Positions 27,198 through 37,266 of a stretch of DNA of 64,000 nt are shown piece by piece. A program made the translations under genes and the position numbers. The stretch comes from Eledone cirrhosa (taxonomy: Eukaryota). The stretch is taken from NCBI GenBank assembly GCA_964016885.1, contig OZ024745.1, positions 29,760,001-29,824,000 of the forward strand, read 5' to 3'. A model generated the notes under the pieces. The model was not told the DNA's origin, did no database searches, and was given only the letters and a program-made list of their open reading frames with translations. Position 1 is the stretch's first letter. Every line of letters begins with the position of its first letter.

Positions 27198-29590
27198 GTA
27201 TATAAATAATTGGCAAATGAGAATCTCCAGCAAATGTTTGTCACACAACATTCATATAGACTCTAGTATTTTCAACCCAGTAATGGTTGAGTGAATGTCA
27301 TCGATGAGAAATTAATGAATCTAGAAACAGCTGTCTGGCATTCTCAATGCTACTGAGATATCTGTAACATGTTCACAGAGCAAAAGATATAAAGGTGTTC
27401 CATGCAGTGTGGGACATATATACAGTTCTTTGAGCACATTTGCATAAATTTAGTAGAAAGGATCCCCCCCAACTCTCTGTCCGGCAAGCTTTCTATGGCT
27501 GGATGTTCTTCCTATCAACAACCACTTTACAGTGTGTACTGGGTGTGTATTATAAGTCATGAAAGAAGAGCTTTATTTGAGAAAAAGTTGGCATGAATAA
27601 TCTTGAGACTCTTGTTGCTGCATCTTTTCAATGGATCAGTTGTTAGTACCAATGACTGATTTAATGCCACATTTGAACTGTTGATCTGCGCAAATCAGAT
27701 GATCTTTATCTATTTTTGACATTGAGCTAGTTATGGCAGACTTCAGAGATTTTATAGCGTTATGGGGGCATTGTTTGGCTTTCCTCTAGACTGCACCCCA
27801 TACATAGTAGTCTAACAGATTCAGTTCTGGAGAGCTAAGAGGCCATATGTTTGGAGTGACGTGATTGTAGAGATTGTAACTCATCCACTCTTGGGTTGTT
27901 TTGGCTTTATGAGATGGTGCTGTCTTATTAATAGGTGTACAGTCATCCTTTGCTCATGCTCTCTCTCCAAGGCTTCACAACCCTTCCCAACCCTGCCTTA
28001 TAGTCAGTAGCATTGTCTCTTAAGCCTTGAAGAAAGAAGGCATGATATCTCTCTCATTGCTCACGACTCCCAGAACCATCAGAGTTCCCAGAAACGTTGT
28101 GCATGACCATTGGAATATCTTTAGGGTTTCTGCATAACCATCTATTATTCCTTCACTTGACTTTTTGGTCCTGATCAAAGTTTTCAGAAAAAACCAAAGG
28201 ATTCCAGGCACTTGATATTTTAAGTTGCTCAACAAGCACTTTGAAAAGATCAAATGGTTGTCTTTTGTCTTTGCAGACATGAATTGGCCATTCTGCATCA
28301 CATATGTCTTGTATCAAAGGTCCTTGTACACATTTCTTCTGATAGTGTGCCTCGAAACTTTGATCTACTTAGCAATGGTGCTAATTGTTAGGACCCTTAG
28401 CAGGCATTTTAGGTTTGGCTACTGCTGTAGAATCCCTGACAGCAGTTTCCAGCTCTTTGCAAACTTTGATAACAAATGACCACACCACTTTCAGGAAGCG
28501 AGCAATCTCTAAATCACTATGTTCTGTCTTCAAAGCAACGATTACAGTGTGCCTTTCAATTGCTGAGATAGCTTGATGTCTGTCATCATATATCTGAAAA
28601 GAAATGATAATTAAAACAAGTTTTTAAAAAGTTAGAGCTATTAAGATGTGTCCTCAAAGAACTGAGCAACCCTGTATAATATATATATATGATAATATTG
28701 GGGTTTTCCAATATAGATCCTGGTAAAGATGAGAGAAGCTCTATGCTATCCAGTTTCCTTGATACAGCAGTAATTTAAAATCGGCTGAGGGTGTTCCCAG
28801 ATGTCATTGATTCTGTTGTAGACTGTTAAGCTACAGATTGCAAAGCTCAAAATTTATAAATGGAGAGAGAATATCCAAATTATACTTAATACATAATTTT
28901 AATTCTACATGTTTCAATGTATAGTGACGGGCCATACCACGATATATACGAGGTATCTGTCCGTCGCTCTACATCAGAAATTTATATAATGTTATAAGTT
29001 TCAAGAGTAATACATACAAGAGATAACTTCATACCATAGATGAGGTTCATACCATATTAATTAATATATTGCTAATTACAATATATATTTATAGTGTGTG
29101 TTTTGTTTATTATTTTGCAGCTACAAAGGCAGTGAGTCACTCATGTAAGACGATGAGGAGTAGGGAGTGGAGGAAGAGAGGAGGAGGAAGACATGGTGGT
29201 GGCAGAGGAATGCAGGGAGATGAGGGAAAGCAGGAGCAGGAAGAAGAAGCCAGGGAGCAACAGGAAGAGGAAGAGGAGGAAGCAAGAGAAGAGCTGGAGA
29301 AAGCAGAAGAAGAAACAAAGGATAGAGAGGAAGAAGTCAATGAGGAACAAGAAGAGGTAGATGAGGAAGTTAAAGAGAAAGAAGAAGAGGGGGAGGAGGA
29401 ACTGAAGGAGAAGGGGGAGGAAAAGGCAGAAGAAGAAGATGAGACAGAAGATGATAAGGTAGAGGAAGAACAGGAGAAAGAAGATGAAGAGGCAGAGGAA
29501 GATCAGGAGAGGGAGGAGGAAAAGGCTGAAGAAGAGCAGGAGAGGGAGGAGGAAGAAGAAGAGGAAGCGAAAGATAAGAATGAAGATTAA
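691..29590 (+). CDS. Tandem multi-domain lipocalin (ApoD/purpurin-like) with Glu-rich C-terminal tail; 5'-partial, 9 exons in window
   Basis: Exons 691-770, 2602-2711, 5722-5834, 6771-6989, 8472-8563, 11330-11466, 22274-22362, 25350-25559 and 29121-29590 have AG/GT boundaries and join in one frame (about 505 aa). Two GxW motifs (LDGIWYN, ILGIWYE), a TDY motif (ILYTDYEN) and SCR3-like motifs (NIHSR, HILGR). Confidence 0.85.
1151..1495. repeat. Near-perfect 345-bp palindrome
   Basis: Arms 1151-1322 and 1324-1495 with few mismatches; adjacent to (TA)n. Confidence 0.95.
1690..2060 (-). mobile_element. Degenerate RTE-like LINE 3' fragment with (GAA)n tail
   Basis: RPRGRSRAR-like C-terminal remnant followed by a GAA microsatellite. 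Confidence 0.55.
2602..2711 (+). CDS. Lipocalin exon, domain A GxW exon
   Basis: tag|LDGIWYNIASNTHMMNGIIMNFTTSHDFLLIDACLP(R)|gtaaaa; phase 0 to 2. Confidence 0.8.
3125..3250. repeat. Degenerate hairpin or MITE
   Basis: AAGTCTGTTTGTTTAGAAA..GCAAGTGGGTTAGATTG / CAATCTAACTCACTTGT..TTTCTATACAAACAAACGGACTT. Confidence 0.7.
5129..5652. repeat. Degenerate 48-bp tandem array of the same family
   Basis: Repeated TTTACAGAGAGTACTGGGTACATTTTATCATGG...CCAC units. Confidence 0.9.
5722..5834 (+). CDS. Lipocalin exon, domain A third exon
   Basis: tttcag|(R)NGICEWVFRTKAYFSCPKKGKLHELMFPLPGNNSNLI|gtatgt; phase 2 to 1. Confidence 0.75.
6771..6989 (+). CDS. Lipocalin exon, domain A SCR2/SCR3 exon
   Basis: ccaacag|EVYLAYIDSDIHIVYGYHNITDG...LNIHSRQKHMTDEILEKV...CLNISQLKINSEFPSF|gtaagt; phase 1 to 1. 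Confidence 0.8.
7275..7710 (-). mobile_element. 3' end of the same CR1-like LINE
   Basis: SNTRGHANKVRKQHS..RKHFFTLRVAEAWNKL; 3' UTR matches 21900-22085; internal 60-bp duplication. Confidence 0.85.
7880..8420 (-). mobile_element. Degenerate LINE RT C-terminal fragment (CR1/Jockey group)
   Basis: Remnants resembling a LINE RT C-terminus, ending next to a simple-repeat tract. Confidence 0.45.
8472..8563 (+). CDS. Lipocalin exon, domain B N-terminal Cys exon
   Basis: tttgtag|FSEYRDIENYQEAPCSLESISSIEYLNQSK|gtttgt; phase 1 to 0. Confidence 0.75.
9315..10817 (+). mobile_element. RTE-type LINE, 5'-truncated (RT C-terminal part, 3' UTR, (GAT)n tail)
   Basis: [35 protein letters not shown] with stops and frameshifts; close match to 37390-39500. 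Confidence 0.92.
11330..11466 (+). CDS. Lipocalin exon, domain B GxW exon
   Basis: ttccag|ILGIWYELAHSDFLGHIGKTNQKLTHRVQFTEDKYGQLVFQYQHE|gtaagt; phase 0 to 2. Confidence 0.85.
11490..12300. repeat. Related 48-bp tandem array, about 17 copies
   Basis: Unit TTTATCATGGCACCAACATTACCACTTTACAGAGTGTACTGGCTACAT. Confidence 0.97.
12400..19640. repeat. 48-bp tandem satellite, about 150 copies, in lipocalin intron
   Basis: Unit TTTATCATGGCACCAGTACTACTGCTTTACAGTGTGCACTGTGTGTGT with a few 46- and 47-bp variants. Confidence 0.98.
20240..22100 (+). mobile_element. CR1/L2-group LINE remnant
   Basis: SGVLQGSVLGPLLF, KYADD, WNPY..DLLETVQRRATKRIP with stops; TTA-rich tail. Confidence 0.88.
22274..22362 (+). 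CDS. Lipocalin exon, domain B third exon
   Basis: tttcag|(D)MSTEKSGAFLGAVQHQCDEHYNGDFLAQN|gtaagg; phase 2 to 1. Confidence 0.75.
22735..24056 (-). mobile_element. RTE-type LINE 3' fragment
   Basis: RT C-terminus ([19 protein letters not shown]), 3' UTR and (GAT)n tail. Confidence 0.9.
25350..25559 (+). CDS. Lipocalin exon, domain B TDY/SCR3 exon
   Basis: ttgcag|IVKILYTDYENLTIVFACSQVFTNGECVKPMVHILGRKPQL...RKACIAPDNLLIIEDV|gtaagt; phase 1 to 1. Confidence 0.9.
25680..26325 (+). mobile_element. Degenerate RTE LINE fragment interrupted by a SINE (about 25830-26017)
   Basis: RELLPL..KGRLY..HGSETW..GRPRKT remnants. Confidence 0.8.
27294..27342 (+). ncRNA. Degenerate hammerhead motif
   Basis: AATGTCA-TCGATGA-...-GAAA-CAGCTG-TC-TGGCATT; core reads TCGATGA instead of CTGATGA. 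Confidence 0.5.
27424..28675 (-). mobile_element. Degenerate Tc1/mariner transposon
   Basis: APSHKAKTTQEW..NIWPLSSPELNLLDYYVWG catalytic remnant; terminus CAGGGTTGCTCAGTTCTTTGAG next to TA, with a partial inverted match at 27424. Confidence 0.8.
29121..29590 (+). CDS. Lipocalin terminal exon: basic/Gly patch followed by Glu-rich tail
   Basis: ttttgcag|TKAVSHSCKTMRSREWRKRGGGRHGGGRGMQGDEGKQEQEEE...KDKNED*; phase matches the upstream exon; AATAAA near 30403. Confidence 0.75.
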
Positions 29591-29702
29591 ACTGAGAAAT
29601 ACAAAATATATATATATACATATGTGTGTCTAATGGTAGCTAAGATGCTTCCATAGGTGGTATGCCGGTTGAGCACTCTATGCTCTTACAGAGCAGAGTA
29701 TG

Positions 29703-30037
29703 ATATAATATAAAACGAAAAATCAGTGATGCATCTGAACTCAATTTATTGTGTGTTACAATTGTTTCGCCGGCGGACAGCTCGAGACGCCATCATTGTG
29801 TGGATCTCTCTGACTCTGTATCTGCAGGTTCGACTGACACGTCTAATGATTTCGGAGCATATTCTTTCACTGTGAAAGAATTTGCTCCGAAATCATTAGA
29901 CGTGTCAGTCGAACCTGCAGATACAGAGTCAGAGAGATCCACACAATGATGGCGTCTCGAGCTGTCCGCCGGCGAAACAATTGTAACACAATATATTGAG
30001 TTCAGATGCATCACTGATTTTTCGTTTCATATTATAT
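29703..30037. repeat. Near-perfect palindrome of about 335 bp
   Basis: Arms mirror about position 29871; mirrored ORFs 29749(+) and 29793(-). Confidence 0.95.
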
Positions 30038-30429
30038 ATATATATATGTATAGATAAAAATATATAACATTGAAATGATAGGTGGAGATAGGAGAGGGGA
30101 TGTGGGGGTGGCGAGTGGACAGGTGGAGGTGGGGAGACAAACTTTGACATAGAGTGTGGAGTGGGGGATATTAGACATGTGAGGTAGAGGTTATAGGACA
30201 TGTTGGGTAGAAGATATAGAACTGGTGGGGATAGATATAACATTGGTGAGGTGAATATAGAGCTGGTAGGAATGGATATAGAAGATGAGAGGGTGGATGT
30301 AACATTGGTGAGGTGAATATAGAACTGCTGGGGTGGATATAGAAGAGGGAAGGTGGGATAGACTAAGAATGTAAAAAAGTTGTCTAAAAATCTAGAACGA
30401 CCAATAAAAAAAATAAATTATTCTAAAAC

Positions 30430-30960
30430 AGTAGAGATATGTAGTATGACAGCAGTACTATAGAATGATAGTACAGCAGTACTATAGAACAGTATGGCAG
30501 AAATATAGAATAATAGTATAGCAGTACTACAGAACCGTATTACAGCACTATAGAATAATAGTATGACAGTAGTACTATAAAATTATAGTATAGCAGCACT
30601 ATAGAACAATATAACAATAGTACTATAGAACTGTATAACACCATAGAATAATAGTATGACAGTAGTACTATAGAAAGATAGTATAGCAGTATTATAGAAC
30701 AGTATAGCAGTATTGTAAAATAGTATGGTAGATTGTGACAGAAGTACTATAGAACAGTAGTATGACAGTACTATGTAACAAGTATATGACTGGTTGTATA
30801 GACTAATATATAGTAATGGCAATAGTACTATAGACAAATACAGTAATACTGAAGACCAATAGTATGACAGTGCTATGGAACAAGTATATGATAGAGGTAG
30901 AATAGAACAATATGTATGGCAGTTGTACTATAGGGCAATAGTATGGTAATACTATAGATA
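30430..30960. repeat. Degenerate short-unit tandem repeat (AGTACTATAGAA)
   Basis: Repeated units of roughly 20-25 bp. Confidence 0.8.
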
Positions 30961-31153
30961 TATAAATATATAATATTCATAAAGTTTGTCTCTGAAAACA
31001 TGGAACAACCAAAGACAGTTTAATGGATCTTTTAACAAAACGTTAAATGTGAGAATCTGCACTTTAATAAATACTTCCTATCATATATATATATATATAT
31101 AATTGAAAAAGTGAAGAATAACATGGTCAACAGTACAAAAAAAGGGATTTATT

Positions 31154-31269
31154 TACAGTCTGACAATTGTTTCACTGATTAAGTTGTCTAAAAATTGCTG
31201 AACACTATAAGCAGTGCCACTCAATTTTAAATACGATGTTAGCTTAATCAGATCATCGGAGAAACTATA
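31154..31269 (-). ncRNA. Hammerhead-like motif with extended stem II
   Basis: TCT-CCGATGA-T-CTGATTAAG..(about 65 nt)..CTTAATCAG-T-GAAA-CAATTG-TC-AGA. Confidence 0.55.
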
Positions 31270-31372
31270 TATATATATATATATAGTAATAATAATAAAT
31301 TTGAAGACTAAAATCCAAAGAGGGCTCGATAAGGATAAATATATATCAAATATATAAGAACCGTAGAGCAAA

Positions 31373-32510
31373 AATTTATTAAAATAACAGATTAAAGTTT
31401 AAGCAAAGAATCGCTGCTTTCACCCTTAACGGGATCTTCTGAATCTAACAAAGTCAATCTGTAAATGTAGAAGTGGATATTTCAAAAAACGTTGCAACCG
31501 GAGGAAGACAGGAAGACAATACTTTGGTTCGTGGAAACGTTCCCTGGCAAAGAACGGGAAAAAACGAATATAATACGTCATTAATAGGAACGGTGAAAAA
31601 CAATTACGCGCAAAGACAGAACCACGTTTATGGTATAAAAGAGGTCGTAGACTAATGTTCTCTTAGGTGGTTCATAGAGACGTTCTCTGGCAATGAACGG
31701 AAAAAACGAAGATAATACGTCATATGTGGAACGTGGAGAACAATTGCACGCAAAGACCAAACCACGTAAATGGTATAGCAGAAGTCGTAGACTAAAATTC
31801 TAACTAGGAGACCGAATGAATCTCCGCTTCAGAGTTAAGAACAAAGTAAATAAACACAATACAGAGGTAATAGAAATTAAATAAATATATACACGCATAC
31901 AAATACGTACATACACAAGCATACGCGAAAACACTTACTATAGGTATACAAAACCACGCACATATAAATATGTGTGTGTGTGTATGCGTGTATACAAATA
32001 AATAAATAATTAAATAAACGTATATAAATAAATAAATACGTATATAACAAGCGCACACACATACCTACATCTAAATACACAAATGTTCGGAGACGTAAGT
32101 CAACCCAAACATGAAGTACACATATACACACACCCTACAACGTACGAACCTGCATACTCACACAGACGCAAAACACCCGTATACACATAACCAAACCATA
32201 TGTACCAGAAAATATAAAATAAAAAATTATACGCCATAACATATACAAACAAATATACGTACGAGAAGGTATACGTACCTTCACAAAACATACAGGTAAT
32301 ATATACTTACATATGCAAATAAGTAATGGTATAAACAAAACATATACTTAGCTACCACATCAAGACGTAAAATATCCATGTATAGATCGTACTATCTGTT
32401 AGGGTATAACGTGGGGCTGTAATACAGGAAAGTTAATTTCAGAAGATCCCGTTAAGGGTGAAAGCAGCGATTCTTTGCTTAAACTTTAATCTGTTATTTT
32501 AATAAATATA
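31373..32510. repeat. Repeat element with inverted ends and an internal dimer of about 145 bp
   Basis: 31373-31443 is inverted at 32437-32510; 31373-31850 is inverted at 35905-36385. Confidence 0.85.
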
Positions 32511-33253
32511 TATATATATATATATTCATATAAACCCTGTTATTCTGTCTTTACTATATATATATTCCAAGATTTTGTTTACTCTAGCAATCATCAACAT
32601 CATCGTTTTTATGCCTAATTTTTCCATGCTGGCATGGGTTGGATGAGAATTCCTAAGGTTATATTACTAAATCTCTCTAAACCCTTGATTATTTTCAAAA
32701 ATATTCAACAATTATAGTGTCTTTCATTGGAAATAAGGTAATGAACACGTCAAAGTGTTTATATTTATCTAAAAACCTTCCCCCATAATTTTATGTAAGA
32801 ACGATTATGTTATGTTCCAAACACCAACTTAACAATAAGAAAGTTAGTTATATCATTAAATCTCTCTAAATTCTTGATTATTTTCAAAATTATTTGAAAA
32901 GCATAGGCCGTGTCTTTCAATGGAAATACAGTAACGGAAGGGTTAAAGTGTTTATATTTATCTATCAAGTTTTATGTAAAAACCTTTGTTAAGTTATGCT
33001 TAATAATAAGAAAGTTAGTTTTATTACTATATCTCTCGAAATTCCCGGTTTTCAAAAGTATTTGAAAAATCATATGCAGTGTCCAACCCATGCAACCATG
33101 GAGGAGCAGTCATGAAAACGATGATGATGATAATGATGTCTTTAATAAAAAATATGGCAATGAAATGGTTAAAACCAAAATCTTGTGTGGTCAGAAGGTG
33201 AAATAAAAAGACAAACAAGTAAATATATTGGAAATATATAAATATATTCTGTA

Positions 33254-33323
33254 TCATACAGGGAACTGATTGACATAGGTGAGGGTTTCTTGAGATGTGG
33301 GTATATGTGTCGCACAATCAAAC
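33254..33323 (-). CDS. PIGK: PIGK exon 10 (terminal)
   Basis: ttgcag|(G)[22 protein letters not shown]; resembles the vertebrate YAEQLPV segment. Confidence 0.8.
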
Positions 33324-36300
33324 CTGCAAAGAAGAAAATAAAAGACCATGTCAGCTTAATGGTGAGGATATATACTACAATGATATTTACATTTTATTAT
33401 ACTTCACTGTATGCCTTGTGAAACCTGGACGCTGAACACCACCGATGTTGTCAAACTGATGCCATTTGAGACATGTTATAGGTAGGCACTACACATCAGC
33501 TGAATGGACCTTAAAACTAATGAGTCCGTCATGGAGAAGATAGGAACAAAGAGGCAATTGGTCGTGACCATAAAGAAGCAAAAGCCTCAATATTTTGGCC
33601 ATATCATCAGGGTCCAGAACCTCTGCACACACATCCTGGAGGGATCCATCGATGGTAGAAGATTGAGAGGAAGACCAAGGAGATGCTGGAATGATGACAT
33701 CAGGGATTGGATGGGAATAACACTGGCAGAGTGCAGTCATGGTGAGGGAGAGGAGCCAGTGGAGAGTATTGATGCAATTGTCCTTGGTCACTGACTCTCA
33801 GTGAGGATGGGAAATTACCTGGCATGATCAAACATTAAAAAAAAAAAAAAGAAAAGAAAGAAGCCAATTATTAGATCAGATCAAGGAAACAATGTTTCTA
33901 TTACTGATACTATTAGTCAGACAAAACTTCTAGCGAAAGAAGGGAGCTGTTGGTCAGATCCGAGCAAGGAAACAATGTTTCCATTGGTCTTTCCATCACT
34001 GATACTATCTGTCAGTCACAACTTCAAGCAGAAGAAAGGAGCTGATCATTAGATTGAACCAAGGAAACACTGTTTCCATTGGTTTTCCATTGCTGATACT
34101 ATCTGCCATTGACAGCACCTAGCAGTTGGAGGTGAGAATTCGACTCAAAATGCACAGAGCTAGATCAGATACCACAAAACATACTGTTTGGCTCTCTACC
34201 AATCTAAAAGGATGGAAGAAAAGTTGACCTTGGCAGGATTTGAACACAGAACACAGAGAACTGGCAGAAATACCAAAGCATTTACAAGGGTTGACTGAAA
34301 AGTTCATAGACTGACCAAGATACTCTCATGAAATGACCAAATGAGGTTTATTTTTCAACATAGTGCTTGGAAAGAAATAATGCAGTTATTAATAAGAGTT
34401 GAAATTAATGCATGCAAGATTTCACAGCTCTAGCATCACTCCTTTATAGTCAGCCTATGAACTTTTCAGCTGACCCTTGTAATCTAATGCTGTAACAACT
34501 CTGCCAATACTTCAGTAACACAATTAAAATACAAAAACAAAAAGAAAGAAAAGGGGGCAGAAGGTGGGAAGTAGTTTATTTTACCAAAACAGGAAGAACA
34601 TGTAGGTTAATGGATTCTTTAAACTTGTTTCTGTCATTAGACTGCAGAAATGCTGGGCAGTGCCTTAAAGGTATTTAGTGAATCATATCAACCCCATTAC
34701 ATATTTACCACACAGTAGAATTGAACTGTAAACCACACGGTTGCAAAGTAAACTACGTAAACACACAGCAATGTCTGCATCTAGAGAAAAAGGAAATGAA
34801 AGTGACCCCTTTGATCATGACTGATCATGTGTTTTATATCCATGTCTGATTGACCATGGGTTGGTCTCACCAGGCACAAGTCCAGGCAAAGTATTTTGTG
34901 GAAGACCAACAGTCATCCATGTATACCTGTTTCCTGTCTCCTTGATGTTGAAGTTGTCTAAGGGAAATGCAAAGGATGATATAGGTTGGCACATCATATA
35001 TATATATATATATATAGGAAAAGAGTCAAGACCACAATGGCTGAGCACCGGCCGTTTCGACAGCTCAGCCATTGTGGTCTTGACTCCTTTCCTATATATA
35101 TATATATTACCCACTTTACTACTCTAAGTATTGAGTAATCTGGTGCGTTATGGTCCACCTGGTATCTTACCACACCCTATTTGTTTATATATATATATAT
35201 ACTTGGCATGGCAATAAAGTCTTTAGAATAGTAGGCTGTGTGCCGTATATAGCAGTAAATGTAGTTAATATTAGTTGGAATTTGAACTTTGTTGTACACG
35301 AGTGACGTTCTGTATGAATGCTGTATTTTGTCACAGGCCCAGGTATAATTATTTTGTTGTCATTCTTGTGAGTTTATAATACACACATCGAATGGATTGA
35401 AGTCAAGAAAATTTTAGAACATATGTTTTCATTGAATGGAAACGAGGCAAATCAGCAACAAATATTATTGCACAATTGAAGGAAAGTAGAATTAACAACA
35501 TTCCAGCAAATTCAACCATTTATCATTGGCTGAAACAATTCAAAGATGGCAGTAGATCATCACTTATTGATGCTCCTTGCACAACCACTATTCATGCCAA
35601 CGTTCAACTCATTCAAAGTATCATTGATGTAGAACCAAAATAATCATTACGTTGTATTGCACAGGCTACTGGAATACACAGAGAAAATTTGTTTTCACTT
35701 CATTAGAAGAGGTGGTGGATGAATCGTTCCAGAAAGAGTTAAATGATTTTCATAAGCACTGTAAAGATGGTATTGCATTCAATGGAGATTATGTTTTTTA
35801 GAATAAATAAATTTTAGTTTCAATATGTTGTGCATTTTCATTTAAAGGGTTATTATAAGGACTTTATTGCCAGGCCAAGTATGTATATATATATATATGT
35901 ATTTATTTACTTTGTTCTTAACTCTGTAGCGGAGATTCATTCGGTCTCCTAGTTAGAATTTTAGTCTACGACTTCTGCTATACCATTTACGTGGTTTTGT
36001 CTTTGCGTGCTATTGTTCTCCACGCTCCACATATGACGTATTATCTTCGTTTTTTTTGTTCATTGCCAGAGAACGTCTCTATGAACCACCTAAGAGAACA
36101 TTAGTCTACGACTTCTTTTATACCATAAACGTGGTTCAGTCTTTGCGTGTAATTGTTTTTCACCGCTCCTATTGATGACGTATCTTATTCGTTTTTTCCC
36201 GTTCTTTGCCAGCGAACGTTTCCACGAACCAAAGTATCGTCTTCCTGTCTTCCTCCGGTTGCAACGTTTTTTGAAATATCCACTTCTGCGTTTACAGATT

Positions 36301-37227
36301 GACTTTGTTAGTTTCAGAAGATCCCGTTAAGGGTGAAAGCAGCGATTCTTTGCTTAAACTTTAATCTGTTATTTTAATAAATATATATATATATTCTATA
36401 TATACATTATATATGATGTTATTCAAGAGAAAAGCAAAGGCTAATATGGCTTGACACTAGTGTTGTCACACCTCATTTTTTCCAAGTTGAGTCGACTGTA
36501 GAAATGTGAAATAAAGTGTCTTGTTCAAGGACAGAAGTCACCACTCGATCTAGGATTTGAACTCCCAATCATGAACTCAGCACCCTAACCAATAACCCAT
36601 GTTCACTATAGAAAAAAGAGGGGTAGCCATGACTGGAAGAGTGTAGACTATAGGCACCATAAACAACAATTTACTTACCCACAAGAGTTATTATTTTTCT
36701 CTGGAACAATTTTCTCCAGGTCCACAATATCAGACAGTAGTTCCACATTGCGTACACTGCCAAAAAAGTCTGTAAGTAGCACCTTTTCTGTGTCACGTTT
36801 GAATAGATCTGTTCTGACACCAACACGAGATATACACTGTTTCTGGGGGCACACACGTAACTAGTGAAAGTAAAGGTATACATATACATGTGTGTGTGTG
36901 TGTGTAAGCAGCACAATGACTACATCACATTGATGATTTAAGTGTTTACTCTAATACTGCCAATTTTCTACAATATCATCAACATCTTTTTCAATTAAGA
37001 AACTACATGAAACCACATTAAAAAGACATTCTTGAAAGGTATAAAACAGCACAATGACAGCATTCCATTAGAAATTAAAGTCATTTTTACATTAAAAATA
37101 TAAATTTTGTCCATTAGTAAAGATACTATAAACATTTGAATTAATAAACTACATGAAACTACATTAACAAGACATTCTTAAAAGGTATAAAACAGAACTA
37201 TGACTGCACCACATTAAATATCAAAGT

Positions 37228-37266
<39 letters not shown>

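Noticed and set aside
29838-29905. CTAATGA...GAAA-TCAT-TA hammerhead across the palindrome centre
   Set aside because: The core is mutated, and the arrangement follows from palindrome symmetry. The long hairpin would dominate folding.
29749-30014. Mirror-image ORFs on both strands
   Set aside because: A by-product of the DNA palindrome.
33027-33250. Possible transmembrane exon for PIGK (FIAIFFIK, IYLFVFLF)
   Set aside because: It lies after the in-frame TGA and in a different frame. It is AT-rich 3' UTR or repeat sequence.
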